Numbered from the stretch's first letter, positions 23,270 to 33,419 are shown. The stretch: 64,000 nt of DNA from a virus (IMGVR_UViG_2923350032_000001:1-64000), one strand, 5' to 3'. Program-made: numbers and translations. Notes: a model not told the origin generated them from the sequence alone.

Positions 23270-23706
23270 ACACCAACGGAAATAACACTCTAAAGCTCCA
23301 CCGCCAGCACCACCAGCACCACCAGCACCACCAGCACCACCAGCACCACCAGCAACTGCACCCAAGGTAGAAGTTCCTTTAATATTATATCCAGTAACAC
23401 TACCAGCTACTGCACCGAGAACAGCACCGAAAGTCTGAGCTGCTTATTTATTAGCTGTATTATCAACTTTTACTTTGGCTGGGAGAACAGAGATTATATT
23501 TACTACTCTTGTTTTGAATTAAGTTGGGCTGTGTCGTACACATCTGCCGCATATTCAGCACCATTAGACTGACACCCTGAGAGAAAAATTGCAGAAACAA
23601 CCATGACGCATAAAGAAGAAATTTTAGCCATTAGAATCATCCCAGAAAAAAATATAATCCAAGAAAATCTATCACATAAGCCAAATACAAACAAGATTAC
23701 AAACAA
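23270..23706 (-). pseudogene. Decayed SlyB/Pcp-like glycine-zipper outer-membrane lipoprotein
   Basis: ORF 23503-23706 has a lipobox (AIFLSGC) and DVYDTAQLNSKQ resembling SlyB; downstream in another frame a Gly-zipper GAVLGAVAGSVTG...(GAG)5 follows, separated by stop codons. Confidence 0.4.
23305..23349. repeat. Perfect 9-bp tandem repeat CAGCACCAC x5
   Basis: Direct reading; encodes (Gly-Ala-Gly)5 on the minus strand. Confidence 0.9.
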
Positions 23707-23931
23707 GATTAATCCTATTGATGTATATCAATTATTATAAAAAATACGATCTTCATTGCTGAAGCTGCGTTATATTAAGTCTAAAAAAATCAACCATCGA
23801 TATTATATGCTCTGCTAATAATTTATACTTGATTTAGTTGAATTGGATTAATATTGACACTTACTCACTCTCTAATTATATATAATTTCCAATTTTATAT
23901 GCGCATATATAGAAACCTATACCAATAGCAC

Positions 23932-23948
23932 TTCGCTCTAATAAATTT
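23932..23948 (+). promoter_or_regulatory. C1 operator-like site upstream of the immI-like module
   Basis: TTCGCTCTAATAAATTT, 15/17 to consensus, about 310 bp upstream of icd. Confidence 0.55.
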
Positions 23949-24099
23949 GTATTTTTAAGTCGCGAATGCTATCTTTTCGCATCATATTGACCTTTTAATC
24001 GTTCAGGCTTGTAGTTCCGCCGTCGTAGCAAATTCTGCGACCGGGTTTAGCAGCCTGAATACTTACGCGGACAACCGCAGATTTCCGATATTGCGGTAT

Positions 24100-24255
24100 T
24101 TTTGTGTCCGTAAACCACGTTACGCCCGAATTATGGTGGGGCGTGATGGGGAGGCTTCGGCCTGCTGGTTTCGTAAGTGCCAGTCTGCTAACCCCGTCAC
24201 GTCCTGCCACCTGTTTAGCAGCGGGTCGCAGGTTGTTTATCAACTTACGAGGCCG
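24100..24255 (+). ncRNA. c4: Candidate c4-type antisense regulatory RNA region
   Basis: Position between operator and icd; GC-rich hairpins; TTTTTGTGTC element shared with the paralogous region at about 10617; not verified against the P1 c4 sequence. Confidence 0.3.
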
Positions 24256-24260
24256 TAACT

Positions 24261-24482
24261 ATGGTTAATGCCAATCCTTGCGCACGCCAAGAATTCATCT
24301 GGCGTTTCTATTCCTGTAAAAAACACCACTATCACTTCGTTATCGCAGCAACAGAAGACGAAGCACGCTCTCAATTGCCTGATGGCCCCTGCATTTTTAC
24401 TGCCCGTTTTTCAACTAACTCGCGCAATTCACTTAGTTACTGGAGCCTCCCCTTCTCTGCCGACGTTCAGGGGGGTTTATGA
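24261..24482 (+). CDS. icd: Icd-like protein
   Basis: 73-aa ORF, 4-bp overlap with the ant start. Confidence 0.65.
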   Translation: MVNANPCARQEFIWRFYSCKKHHYHFVIAATEDEARSQLPDGPCIFTARFSTNSRNSLSYWSLPFSADVQGGL

Positions 24483-25524
24483 AAACACCTCTCGTCACCC
24501 GTAATGAAATAGCCGAAGCGATCGCCTTGCATACTGCCTGTATGCCGACACGGGAGACCCCCGGCGCAATTGCCAACTATTTCATGATAACCAGACGTTT
24601 TTATACCCGAACAGATAAGGCTGTGATCAACAGGCTACTGATAGCCGAGATCAGGGATTATTTGATTGAACAAGGACGTCTACGTTACGCAACAGTGGCA
24701 GCAGAAATGAGAAAGGAGGCGCGCAGAATGACCGGTAATAATTTGAATGTTGAAAAACCAGCACCTGTTGCTTCAGCTACGCCATCACCAGCTGTGAATG
24801 TTATCTCCAACACTGGAGACACAATCGACAGCCAGACACTGTTAAAGATGGTCAATGAAGCGCGTAAGTTATGTGTGGAACCAGAGGTTCGGAACAACAA
24901 ATTCATCGAAAAAATACTCGACGAATTAGAAGGTGAGGACGGTTACACAAAAAGTGCAACCGTGCCGCCAGGTGGCGGTACGCCTATGGTTGTCATAACC
25001 ATGACCTACAAACAAGCCCTGCGAGTCGCGCGCGCGAGTCAAAAGCGGTCCGCCGTTCGCTGATCGACAAACTGGAAGAATTGCAGCAGGCATACTCCCC
25101 TGCCCCATCGATCCCCCAAACATTACCAGAAGCTCTACGCATGGCTGCCGAGTTGGCAGAGCAGAAAATGCAGTTGGAACAGCAGCTGGTGGCCGCAGCC
25201 CCTAAAGTCGATTTTGCCGACCGGGTATCAGTGGCCAATGGAATCCTGATCGGGAACTTTGCAAAGGTCGTTGGACTTAAGCAAAACGCCCTTTTCTCAT
25301 GGTTGCGCCAGAACGGCATTCTCATGGCTTTTGGAGCGCGCAAAAACGTACCGCGCCAACAGTACATCAATGCGGGGTATTTCACGGTGAAAGAAGTGGT
25401 GCTGGATGATGAAAATGGCTACCAGATACGGCTGACGCCCCAATTAACGGGTAAAGGCCAGCAGTGGTTAACTCGCAAGCTACTTGATGCTGGTTTGTTA
25501 AAACCAGTGGCGTCCTTGTCTTAA
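24479..25524 (+). pseudogene. ant: Antirepressor Ant, apparently frameshifted into two ORFs
   Basis: ORFs 24479-25063 and 25081-25524 together parallel the 370-aa protein at 11029-12141; frame change near a GCGCGCGCG run around 25030-25065. Confidence 0.55.
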
Positions 25525-26077
25525 CGTATTCAGACCAGGATTTGCCATAAATTACAGGCATGTGTACGATATGCCCAACCCTGTTTTTCAGGGGAGGCGC
25601 AACGTTATGCGGGGGTTATGAACTCCTGGATGCGTAGCCTCCAGACAGAAAAAACCCTCGCCACAACGTTGCATGGAGGCAACCAGCGAGGGCATTCCTT
25701 ATGTCTGATCAACAAGAGGATAGCCGCAAGCAGTTGCTGTTGCAAGTGTGCGGAGCTTCGTAATGACTCTTCAAAAAGCTTGCAAGTGGATTGTGACCAA
25801 CATCATTGTTCCTGTCATCATCGGAGCTTCAAGTTCTGTGTTGGCATCAGTGATTGCCTCACTTCTCCACATTGCATAACAACATTGAAGGGCGTTAGTT
25901 CGCAGTGTAACAGCAGCGCGTTGCGCCCGAACAGGCCACAGGGTAAAACCTGTGGCCTTTTTCGTTTTAGCCAGCCACAAATCCACATTGAAAAACGCCT
26001 TATACAAAAAAACCTGCCAGCAAACTGGCAGGTTTCTGAGCAGTTCGACCAACCCGATCTGGATCGAGTCAGAAAAA

Positions 26078-26094
26078 TTTGCTCTAATAAATTT
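26078..26094 (+). promoter_or_regulatory. C1 operator upstream of kilA-repL
   Basis: TTTGCTCTAATAAATTT, 16/17. Confidence 0.75.
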
Positions 26095-26163
26095 TGTTTT
26101 CTGAGTGCAAAGAATCACCATTTCGAGCTGGTGATTGAAGGTTGATGCAAATTTGGAGAAAAA

Positions 26164-26964
26164 ATGCAACAAACATTCAATGCGGATATGAATATATCAA
26201 ACCTTCATCAAAATGTCGATCCTTCAACCACTCTGCCTGTTATTTGTGGTGTTGAAATTACGACCGACCGCGCTGGCCGTTACAACCTTAATGCTCTACA
26301 CAGAGCGAGCGGACTCGGTGCCCATAAAGCGCCAGCTCAATGGCTAAGAACGCTGTCAGCCAAACAGCTCATCGAAGAGCTTGAAAAAGAAACTATGCAG
26401 AATTGCATAATTTCGTTCGAAGGCCGTGGCGGCGGCACTTTTGCCCATGAATTGCTCGCAGTGGAGTACGCTGGTTGGATTTCTCCCGCGTTTCGGCTGA
26501 AGGTAAACCAGACATTTATCGACTATCGAGCTGGAAGATTACAACCTGCTATTCCGAAGAGCCTCCCAGAAGCTCTCCGTTTGGCTGCCGACCTGGCAGA
26601 GCAAAAGCAACGGCTGGAGCAAAAAATGCTTATGGATGCACCTAAAGTCGAATTCGCCGAACGCGTTGCTACCGCCAGCGGGGTTCTAATCGGCAACTAT
26701 GCCAAAGTGCTCGGCCTGGGCCAAAACTATCTCTTCACCTGGTTGCGTGATAACGGAATTCTGATCGCAACCGGTGAACGCAGGAACGTCCCCAAACAAG
26801 AATACATATCCCGTGGGTATTTCACCCTTAAAGAAACCGTGATCGATACAAGCAATGGAAGCAGGATTTCTTTCACGACTCGTATAACCGGCAAAGGTCA
26901 GCAGTGGCTGATGAAGCGATTGCTTGATGCTGGTGTGCTGGTACCTGTCGCGGCAACGCGCTAA
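26164..26964 (+). CDS. kilA: KilA (KilA-N domain protein)
   Basis: 266-aa ORF with KilA-N/APSES-like N-terminus and Ant-like C-terminus, followed by repL. Confidence 0.8.
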   Translation: MQQTFNADMNISNLHQNVDPSTTLPVICGVEITTDRAGRYNLNALHRASGLGAHKAPAQWLRTLSAKQLIEELEKETMQNCIISFEGRGGGTFAHELLAVEYAGWISPAFRLKVNQTFIDYRAGRLQPAIPKSLPEALRLAADLAEQKQRLEQKMLMDAPKVEFAERVATASGVLIGNYAKVLGLGQNYLFTWLRDNGILIATGERRNVPKQEYISRGYFTLKETVIDTSNGSRISFTTRITGKGQQWLMKRLLDAGVLVPVAATR

Positions 26965-26993
26965 CAGACGTAGTAAGAACCACCAGCATTGTA

Positions 26994-27839
26994 ATGCTGG
27001 CTAAAGTCACTTTCCTGAGCTGTATAACGATGAGCGATTTTACTTTTTCTGGCTATGAATTGGCCTGCTTTGTAACACACTCCGGTCTATCCCGTAGCGC
27101 CGGGCATATCCTGTCGCAATGTGCAAATCTCGCGGCAACAACCAGTGAATACTTCATTCACAAGCCTCACCGCCTGATCGCGGCAGAAACTGGTTATAGT
27201 CAATCAACCGTCGTTCGTGCATTCCGTGAAGCTGTAAACAAAGGAATCCTGTCTGTAGAGATTGTTATCGGCGATCACCGTGAACGTCGCGCTAACCTGT
27301 ACCGGTTTACACCATCCTTTTTGGCCTTCGCACAACAAGCCAAAAATGCGCTGATTGAAAGCAAATTAAAGATCTCTTCAGCGGCAACTAAGGTTAAAGC
27401 TGTTCTCGCTAAGACATTAGCTTTATTTAATTTTTTATCCACACCCCCATGTCAAAATGATACCCCCTCCCCCTGTCAGGATGACGTGGCAATAAAGAAT
27501 AAGAAGTCACAAGTTAAAAAAACAAAAAGATCAGTTTCCGGCGGTGCCGGAACGATCAGACTCAAAAAATTGACTTCATGGATCGCTGAGACAAAAGCAA
27601 AGGCTGACAATCTGCGGTTATCCAAAAAACGCGCTCAAAAACATGAGTTCAAGCAGAAAGTAGAGGCGGCAGCGCGGAAATATGCTTACCTGAAGAACAA
27701 GCGTTCTCCTGATATTGGCGGGGTATCAAACTTCGATAATCTGCCGCATTGCATGACGGTAAACGAAGCTCTTAATGCGGTTTTAGCCAAAAATAAAGAT
27801 AACGAACAATGGGGTATACCGGCAGGATTCAGAGGGTGA
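26994..27839 (+). CDS. repL: RepL, lytic replicon initiator (oriL expected inside)
   Basis: 281-aa ORF in the P1 kilA-repL arrangement. Confidence 0.85.
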   Translation: MLAKVTFLSCITMSDFTFSGYELACFVTHSGLSRSAGHILSQCANLAATTSEYFIHKPHRLIAAETGYSQSTVVRAFREAVNKGILSVEIVIGDHRERRANLYRFTPSFLAFAQQAKNALIESKLKISSAATKVKAVLAKTLALFNFLSTPPCQNDTPSPCQDDVAIKNKKSQVKKTKRSVSGGAGTIRLKKLTSWIAETKAKADNLRLSKKRAQKHEFKQKVEAAARKYAYLKNKRSPDIGGVSNFDNLPHCMTVNEALNAVLAKNKDNEQWGIPAGFRG

Positions 27840-28135
27840 TAGATTGCTCTAATCTGGAGTCACCTGGCGTTTTCAGTTTGAGGTCGGAGATGCAATCTGA
27901 TTTTTTACAGTTAGCGATCGCTTTTGCAGGATATGTTTGTATTGGCTTCTGTGTATACATGATCAGCCGAAAAATGCTTGTCGATATCGACCGCAAAGAA
28001 CAAGCAGAGGAGATCTTAGTATGGATTTTCTTTGGCGCGGTCTGGCCATTAGGGATCATGTTTGCTGCAACATTTCTTCTGATGTGGATATTCACCCTTC
28101 CAGGTGATTTCTATAGAAAAAAAGCCAGACATTGA
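27809..28135 (+). CDS. Small membrane protein (two TM helices)
   Basis: 108-aa ORF with hydrophobic segments. Confidence 0.4.
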   Translation: MGYTGRIQRVIDCSNLESPGVFSLRSEMQSDFLQLAIAFAGYVCIGFCVYMISRKMLVDIDRKEQAEEILVWIFFGAVWPLGIMFAATFLLMWIFTLPGDFYRKKARH

Positions 28136-28199
28136 TACAATCGTTGCGGGTGCTTGAGGCTATCTGCTTCAGGCATTACCCGAAAAGCAGATAGAAGAA

Positions 28200-28300
28200 A
28201 GCCCCAGATAACATTACGCGTCCTGCAAGACGCTTAACATTAATCTGAGGCCATATCTATGCTTAGCATACGTAGATTAGCCTCTTACCGACCAAAAGGT
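28200..28300 (-). ncRNA. sok: Expected Sok-type antisense RNA region
   Basis: Inferred from standard hok/mok/sok architecture only. Confidence 0.3.
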
Positions 28301-28468
28301 CAAGGAGAAGCAGGCTATGAAGCAGCAAAAAGCGATGTTAATCGCTCTGATCGTCATCTGTTTAACCGTCATTGTGACGGCACTGGTAACGAGGAAAGAC
28401 CTCTGCGAGGTACGAATCCGAACCGGCCAGACGGAGGTCACTGTCTTCACAGCCTACGAATCTGAAAG
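28259..28468 (+). CDS. mok: Mok-like overlapping reading frame of the hok locus
   Basis: 68-aa ORF overlapping hok in another frame. Confidence 0.5.
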
Positions 28469-28472
28469 GTAA
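28317..28472 (+). CDS. hok: Hok/Gef-family type I membrane toxin
   Basis: 51 codons MKQQKAMLIALIVICLTVIVTALVTRKDLCEVRIRTGQTEVTVFTAYESER; below the ORF-track size cutoff; closest to HokD/RelF-type sequences from memory. Confidence 0.85.
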   Translation: MKQQKAMLIALIVICLTVIVTALVTRKDLCEVRIRTGQTEVTVFTAYESER

Positions 28473-28492
28473 GAGACCTGGCGGGGAGAGAT

Positions 28493-29835
28493 CCCATAAG
28501 CGCTAACTTAAGGGTTGAACCATCTGAAGAATGCGACGCCTCGGTGCCTCGTTAAGACGATGCCTCGCGTTCTTCAATTGCGTTTTGTAGGCTGTCAGGG
28601 ATACTGTCCCACGAATGGCCACCTGTAAGCTCCAGATGACCATTTTTGTTATTCTCCACAACGAGTTAGTTCTTCTTTTCGGATCCGGCACTTCTGGGGG
28701 GGAAATCCAGCGATGGCTGGATTATGTCGTCAATTAAAAATGCGGCGAGTAGATTAGCAAATATCCACGCTTTCGCGAGTTCAGGTTCCTTTGCACGCAA
28801 AGCATCCAGGTGCAGCAAACTTTTGAGCCGCTTAAAAGCCAGTTCAATTTGCCATCGCAGACGGTAACAATCAGCCACTTGCTCTGCTGAATATTCATCT
28901 TCCGGTAATGATGTTAGCAATAGCACATGGCCCGCTGCTTCCAGCGTTTCCGCCTGAACTACTCGTCCTTTTCGACGATTCTCGCTGAGCAGTCGGGTTT
29001 TACTGATTAATGCTTTTTCGGGAGGAAGTGATACGGCAATGAGACGTGCCGGAAAGGGAGCTCCGGCTTTTTTATTACCTGAATTGCCTATCATTACAGT
29101 GGTTTCACCGTTCTTACCGCAATCCAGCCCGCGCAGAAAACCCATCATGTCAAAGCGCATTCCTTCTGCAGTTAACCAGCGCAATCCTCGCCAGTGAACC
29201 CGGACGATATAATCAGCTTCTCCAAAAGCAAGTGAGCGGATACATTCGGGACGCGAACCGAATCCCCGGTCAGCAATGCGTATCTCGTCTGCCGTTTGCG
29301 CAAATCGGTCCAGCCGTTCAGCGTCTCTGCTGTCGGTTAGCTCAAAATCAGTGAACTGACAGGTATGAGGATCATATCCCATATGTAGTCGCCATTCAGC
29401 GCTGCCGCCCCCGGGCGCACTGATTGCTGTTCCATCGACAAGACGCAATCTCTTTCCGCTTGTACAACCCGTAACTGCGGCGCGTACAGCAAGTGTTTGT
29501 GCGGCAAGTATGCCAAACCAGTCGGCGGCATTCCGCAGCCGCTTCAGGAGAGCCACGTCAGATAATGTTGCAACGTCATGGAGCTGAGCCCATGCAGTGA
29601 CTTCACGTAATGACATCCCCCCGGGGCCGTAAGCCAGCCCCAGACGTAGCAGAGTTGCAGCATCACGAATTTCGCGGCGGCGGGTTAGAGCCCCGGCATT
29701 ACGTGCCGAAGTATCCAGTTCTTCGGGCTTACCAATATGGGCCAGAATTGCTGACCAGTTATCGTGAGAGTAATTCATCGGCACGTTAAATCATATCAGG
29801 CGTAATACCACAACCCTTAAGTTAGCGCTTATGGG
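28493..29835 (-). mobile_element. IS186 (IS4 family)
   Basis: Terminal inverted repeats CCCATAAGCGCTAACTTAAGGGTTG at both ends; GC-rich GGGG...CCCC target context. Confidence 0.85.
28666..29784 (-). CDS. IS186 transposase
   Basis: 372-aa ORF MPMNYSHDNWSAILAHIGKPEELDTSARNAG... Confidence 0.85.
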   Translation of the reverse strand: MPMNYSHDNWSAILAHIGKPEELDTSARNAGALTRRREIRDAATLLRLGLAYGPGGMSLREVTAWAQLHDVATLSDVALLKRLRNAADWFGILAAQTLAVRAAVTGCTSGKRLRLVDGTAISAPGGGSAEWRLHMGYDPHTCQFTDFELTDSRDAERLDRFAQTADEIRIADRGFGSRPECIRSLAFGEADYIVRVHWRGLRWLTAEGMRFDMMGFLRGLDCGKNGETTVMIGNSGNKKAGAPFPARLIAVSLPPEKALISKTRLLSENRRKGRVVQAETLEAAGHVLLLTSLPEDEYSAEQVADCYRLRWQIELAFKRLKSLLHLDALRAKEPELAKAWIFANLLAAFLIDDIIQPSLDFPPRSAGSEKKN

Positions 29836-30140
29836 AGTGATCCCCGCCACTCTTCGTGTGTCTGGTAACCTCAATGCACCCTTTTCTCCCCAATAGTGTA
29901 AAACACAATGAAGTAGAAGGAGTTATTTCACATCATGCAAAGATTCAGACCATATCTCCCAATAGCCTTCGCGACATGATGACTTTCAGAAATATCTAGC
30001 TGTTAACAAAATTCCATACTTGCTTTGCTAATACCACCTAGATTATATATGGAAAAATACACCTAAAACTTAAACAAATTATATCCACAACAAACATCCA
30101 TCTATTAGGATTAAAATTAATTTAATAATAAATAATACAA

Positions 30141-30168
30141 CACCGGTTCATTTTCTAACAAACCGGTG
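30141..30168 (-). terminator. Rho-independent terminator after the MazG-like gene
   Basis: Stem CACCGGTT/AACCGGTG with T-rich tail on the minus strand. Confidence 0.5.
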
Positions 30169-30175
30169 GGCACCA

Positions 30176-31168
30176 TTATTGGAATAACTTACTGATTACA
30201 TTAAAAACATTAAGGGCGTTACTTGCCACACTAGACATCTTGGCTGAATTTTTTTCGATTGAGTCAAGAACACTTTCGACTTCCGATAAAGTTCTTCTGC
30301 TATCTGCATCTTTTCCTGAGTCTATCGCATCTTTAATTGCAGATATAGCAGACTCTAAATTCTCCTTAAACTCACCTGTCGTCTCATCCTTCAAGAGAAG
30401 TTCTAACTCTTGTTTAAGTTTTTCCAATGATGCTCTTTTCTCATCAGTTTTACTAATCTTCCCTGAATAACTGACACAAACACATTCTCTTTTATTGCAG
30501 ACAGGACAACCATTTAGATAATAACTTTCAAACGCCTCGCCAAGATCATCATCTTTAAAAATAATCCCCCATAAAGAAAACAACCAAGCATATATATCAG
30601 CACACTCTTCATGAAGATTTTCTTTGTTGTAATTTTTATCTTCAATTGATTTAGCATAAGCCTCTTGCAACTCACCCAACTCTTCGAATAACCTGGATGA
30701 ATGATAAAACCCACCAAAAGTAGACCAAATGGTTCTATTCGACGGATAGATGTCATTAATCATTCGTGGCGCATAAGGCGGAAATTGCATAGGTTTAATA
30801 GCGTTATATTTATTGAAAAGCTCATCTTTAATTCCTTTTGCGCTTCTTATTTTCTCTGGCTTTCTGTGTGTTTGAGAACAGGAACAAGGCGCCCCTAAGC
30901 AATAAGGACAGCAACTAGGAAATTTTTTATAAAATGCTTCCTGTGGTTGTATTTCAAGTTTATCACAGATTGCAAAAAGCCAAGACAATGCTTCTATATA
31001 GGTATTTTTTAATAATTCTTTATCCTGATTACCATCACGAATAAACTCACGTGTTAAATAAGCTGTTTTCCTTGTCAGATAAGAGTACATATACTCAAAT
31101 GATTTTTCTTCATTTTTTTTGCTGTAAATACCTACAATAATATTGCTCATATCATTGATACGTAACAT
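30176..31168 (-). CDS. Tandem MazG-like NTP-pyrophosphohydrolase-fold protein with two Cys4 zinc ribbons and a C-terminal coiled coil
   Basis: 331 aa from the ATG with AAGAGGA RBS (MLRINDMSN...); motifs FEELGELQEA...EECADIYAWLFSLWGII, CCPYCLGAPCSC, CPVCNKRECVC; low-GC gene. Confidence 0.55.
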   Translation of the reverse strand: MLRINDMSNIIVGIYSKKNEEKSFEYMYSYLTRKTAYLTREFIRDGNQDKELLKNTYIEALSWLFAICDKLEIQPQEAFYKKFPSCCPYCLGAPCSCSQTHRKPEKIRSAKGIKDELFNKYNAIKPMQFPPYAPRMINDIYPSNRTIWSTFGGFYHSSRLFEELGELQEAYAKSIEDKNYNKENLHEECADIYAWLFSLWGIIFKDDDLGEAFESYYLNGCPVCNKRECVCVSYSGKISKTDEKRASLEKLKQELELLLKDETTGEFKENLESAISAIKDAIDSGKDADSRRTLSEVESVLDSIEKNSAKMSSVASNALNVFNVISKLFQ

Positions 31169-31465
31169 GACATTCCTCTTAAATAAGCCAATACTTCCTA
31201 GAACCATATATGCTTCGACAAAGATTAACGGACATCTTGCCTTCACAAACTTTGACGCTACATAAATTTAACCATGTGCATACTAAATATTTAAGGTAGA
31301 AAAGTATAGGAGTATTTATTAATAGGTAACTGTTAGTTTACACTCACTTCATACCAGAGTATTTACAAGATGTTATTTTACTCTATTCGCTAGGCGGTGG
31401 AATGCGGTTGTATCAAGGGGAGGTAAACCTCCCCCGAAGAAGATTAAAAGTACAAGGGATAACAC

Positions 31466-31975
31466 TTAATCCCACTCAATCCAGTTGTAGACGATACGAA
31501 GTGACGGGCGCACAGCGGCAGTCACATCTTCGGTACTAAAGTCGATTGCATCACTGTAGATTTTGCAGTCCAACATTTCAATTGTTGTAGCAGCTTTTGT
31601 CACAGCGTTAACCCCGGAAGATTTGGATTCAGGGGTAGCAGCCATCGTGATATCAACATAGTCCTTCGCCGCAATGCGATCTTTAATGAACTGAAGAATA
31701 TCGCCTTCGATAGTCTCCACGCACTGGACCTGGATTTCCCCAGAGTTTCGAATTGGACCGTGCTGGTTGAACTTCACACCATTCGGACCATAGTCCTCCA
31801 CATCCTCGCGGGTCATTTCAGGAATTTGCGACGTGCGAACCAGTACGCTGATATCTTCATGGCCTGCAAAAGTGAGCTGGAATTCAGAAGATACCAGTCG
31901 TTCGCCTTTGGCCGCGTTGGCAGTATAGCGGCCCTTAATAAATTTACGGTTTCCCTTAGTGTTATTGTGCCCCAT
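31466..31975 (-). CDS. Putative virion/morphogenesis protein
   Basis: 169-aa ORF in the structural block upstream of parS. Confidence 0.35.
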   Translation of the reverse strand: MGHNNTKGNRKFIKGRYTANAAKGERLVSSEFQLTFAGHEDISVLVRTSQIPEMTREDVEDYGPNGVKFNQHGPIRNSGEIQVQCVETIEGDILQFIKDRIAAKDYVDITMAATPESKSSGVNAVTKAATTIEMLDCKIYSDAIDFSTEDVTAAVRPSLRIVYNWIEWD

Positions 31976-31986
31976 ATAAAATCCTT

Positions 31987-32568
31987 TTACTGGAACGCCC
32001 GAACAATATCGGAGCTGTTATATATCGAAGAACCGGTCAACTGGAGGTTGACGGTGTTTTTCAGGAAATGCCCATTGCTGTCCCTGGGCGCATCGAGATC
32101 GAAACTTATGTCCTGGATAGCGACATCAATGATGTTGATCCGGCGACCAATGTTTAGCGTCACGCGCTCCGGGATTCGACCACCAATACTGGCATCTTTA
32201 AGTTCCGGGCTAATCATCGCTGACAATGCGGCGATAGCTCCTGAAACCTCCGTGAATGGGTCAAACAAAGCGATGAAAGTTACTGGCAGCGTGAAAGTCG
32301 GCGGTGTTCCCCCTTCCCAAACCATTAAGCTGTTCCAACGGGCAACCGACGTTGTTTCAGTACCAACCTGCGCAAAACCACTGAAGGCACCAGCAACAGA
32401 TCCCATGGACATACCGGTAAACGGCGCTTCCCAATTCTGGGCCATGTTCATTGCCGCCCCCTGGCTGATATATCCGGTAACCTGGTACTGAGAGTTCGTT
32501 AAAGTAACTTTCAGAAATGGCGATACACCGTCAGCCTGGCTGTAAACCCCATAAGGTATAGGTGCCAT
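31987..32568 (-). CDS. Putative virion/morphogenesis protein
   Basis: 193-aa ORF in the same co-oriented block. Confidence 0.35.
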   Translation of the reverse strand: MAPIPYGVYSQADGVSPFLKVTLTNSQYQVTGYISQGAAMNMAQNWEAPFTGMSMGSVAGAFSGFAQVGTETTSVARWNSLMVWEGGTPPTFTLPVTFIALFDPFTEVSGAIAALSAMISPELKDASIGGRIPERVTLNIGRRINIIDVAIQDISFDLDAPRDSNGHFLKNTVNLQLTGSSIYNSSDIVRAFQ

Positions 32569-32603
32569 TCAAGTTAAAGGCCGGAGTTCTCCGGCCTCCT
32601 CCT

Positions 32604-33419
32604 TTAGCCAAGGCGCTTACGGCGCAGTTTCATTGACTTTTTGCGGGCAAGTTTTGCCGCGCCGGTCTGGGCTTTTCGACGCGCTTTTTTCAGCGCCGAT
32701 TTTTGAGCCGCAGTCAGACGTTTTTTACGCAGGCGTTTACGGATGAGTTTGATCTCACCGTTACGAACAACCTTCTTAAATGCTTCAGTCAGCATTTCAT
32801 CAGAAGTGCCAGCAACAACAAACGCCGCTTCCAGTTCGTCACGGTCGTCGCTATCTAAACCAGCGATAGAGGCACCAACATCAGCAGCTGCGTCGTCGTC
32901 TTCATCATCAGCCAGTGCTTCGATCAGGTCATCATCTACACCGCATGCTGCGAGGAAGTCAGCAACATTTGCCCATGCTTCGTTATAGGCATCGTCCTGT
33001 TCTTCTGTAACTTCGGAGTCGTCGTCATCAGAGATACCAGCGATAGCCTGAACGAAACCATCAAGGGAGTCGAAAGTCAGATCACCGCTATCAGCCCAGG
33101 CGAAAACGGCGTCGGCCGCATCACTCAACGCATTCTGCATAGCACTTCGATTTGCAGCTTCCAGAATCATCTGGTGCGCCTGTTCGACGGTCCATTCTTT
33201 ACCGTCTTTCCCTTCCAGGATTTGCTCAGGAGCCGGGGCAGATGGAACGTTATCGTTAGTCTGTGCCGCCGGTTCCGGATTATTATTAATAACCGGGTCT
33301 GTTGGCGGTTCGGCGCTTGCTCGGGCAGACTCCATCAGCTGCACAGGATCAGAGTTCAAAGCGAAACGAGACAGTCCATTCCCCAAAAATGCCCCGGATT
33401 GAAAAAAGTTTTTGCTCAT
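32604..33419 (-). CDS. Acidic protein with basic C-terminal tail (scaffold or internal virion protein-like)
   Basis: 271 aa, D/E-rich centre, K/R-rich C-terminus. Confidence 0.35.
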   Translation of the reverse strand: MSKNFFQSGAFLGNGLSRFALNSDPVQLMESARASAEPPTDPVINNNPEPAAQTNDNVPSAPAPEQILEGKDGKEWTVEQAHQMILEAANRSAMQNALSDAADAVFAWADSGDLTFDSLDGFVQAIAGISDDDDSEVTEEQDDAYNEAWANVADFLAACGVDDDLIEALADDEDDDAAADVGASIAGLDSDDRDELEAAFVVAGTSDEMLTEAFKKVVRNGEIKLIRKRLRKKRLTAAQKSALKKARRKAQTGAAKLARKKSMKLRRKRLG

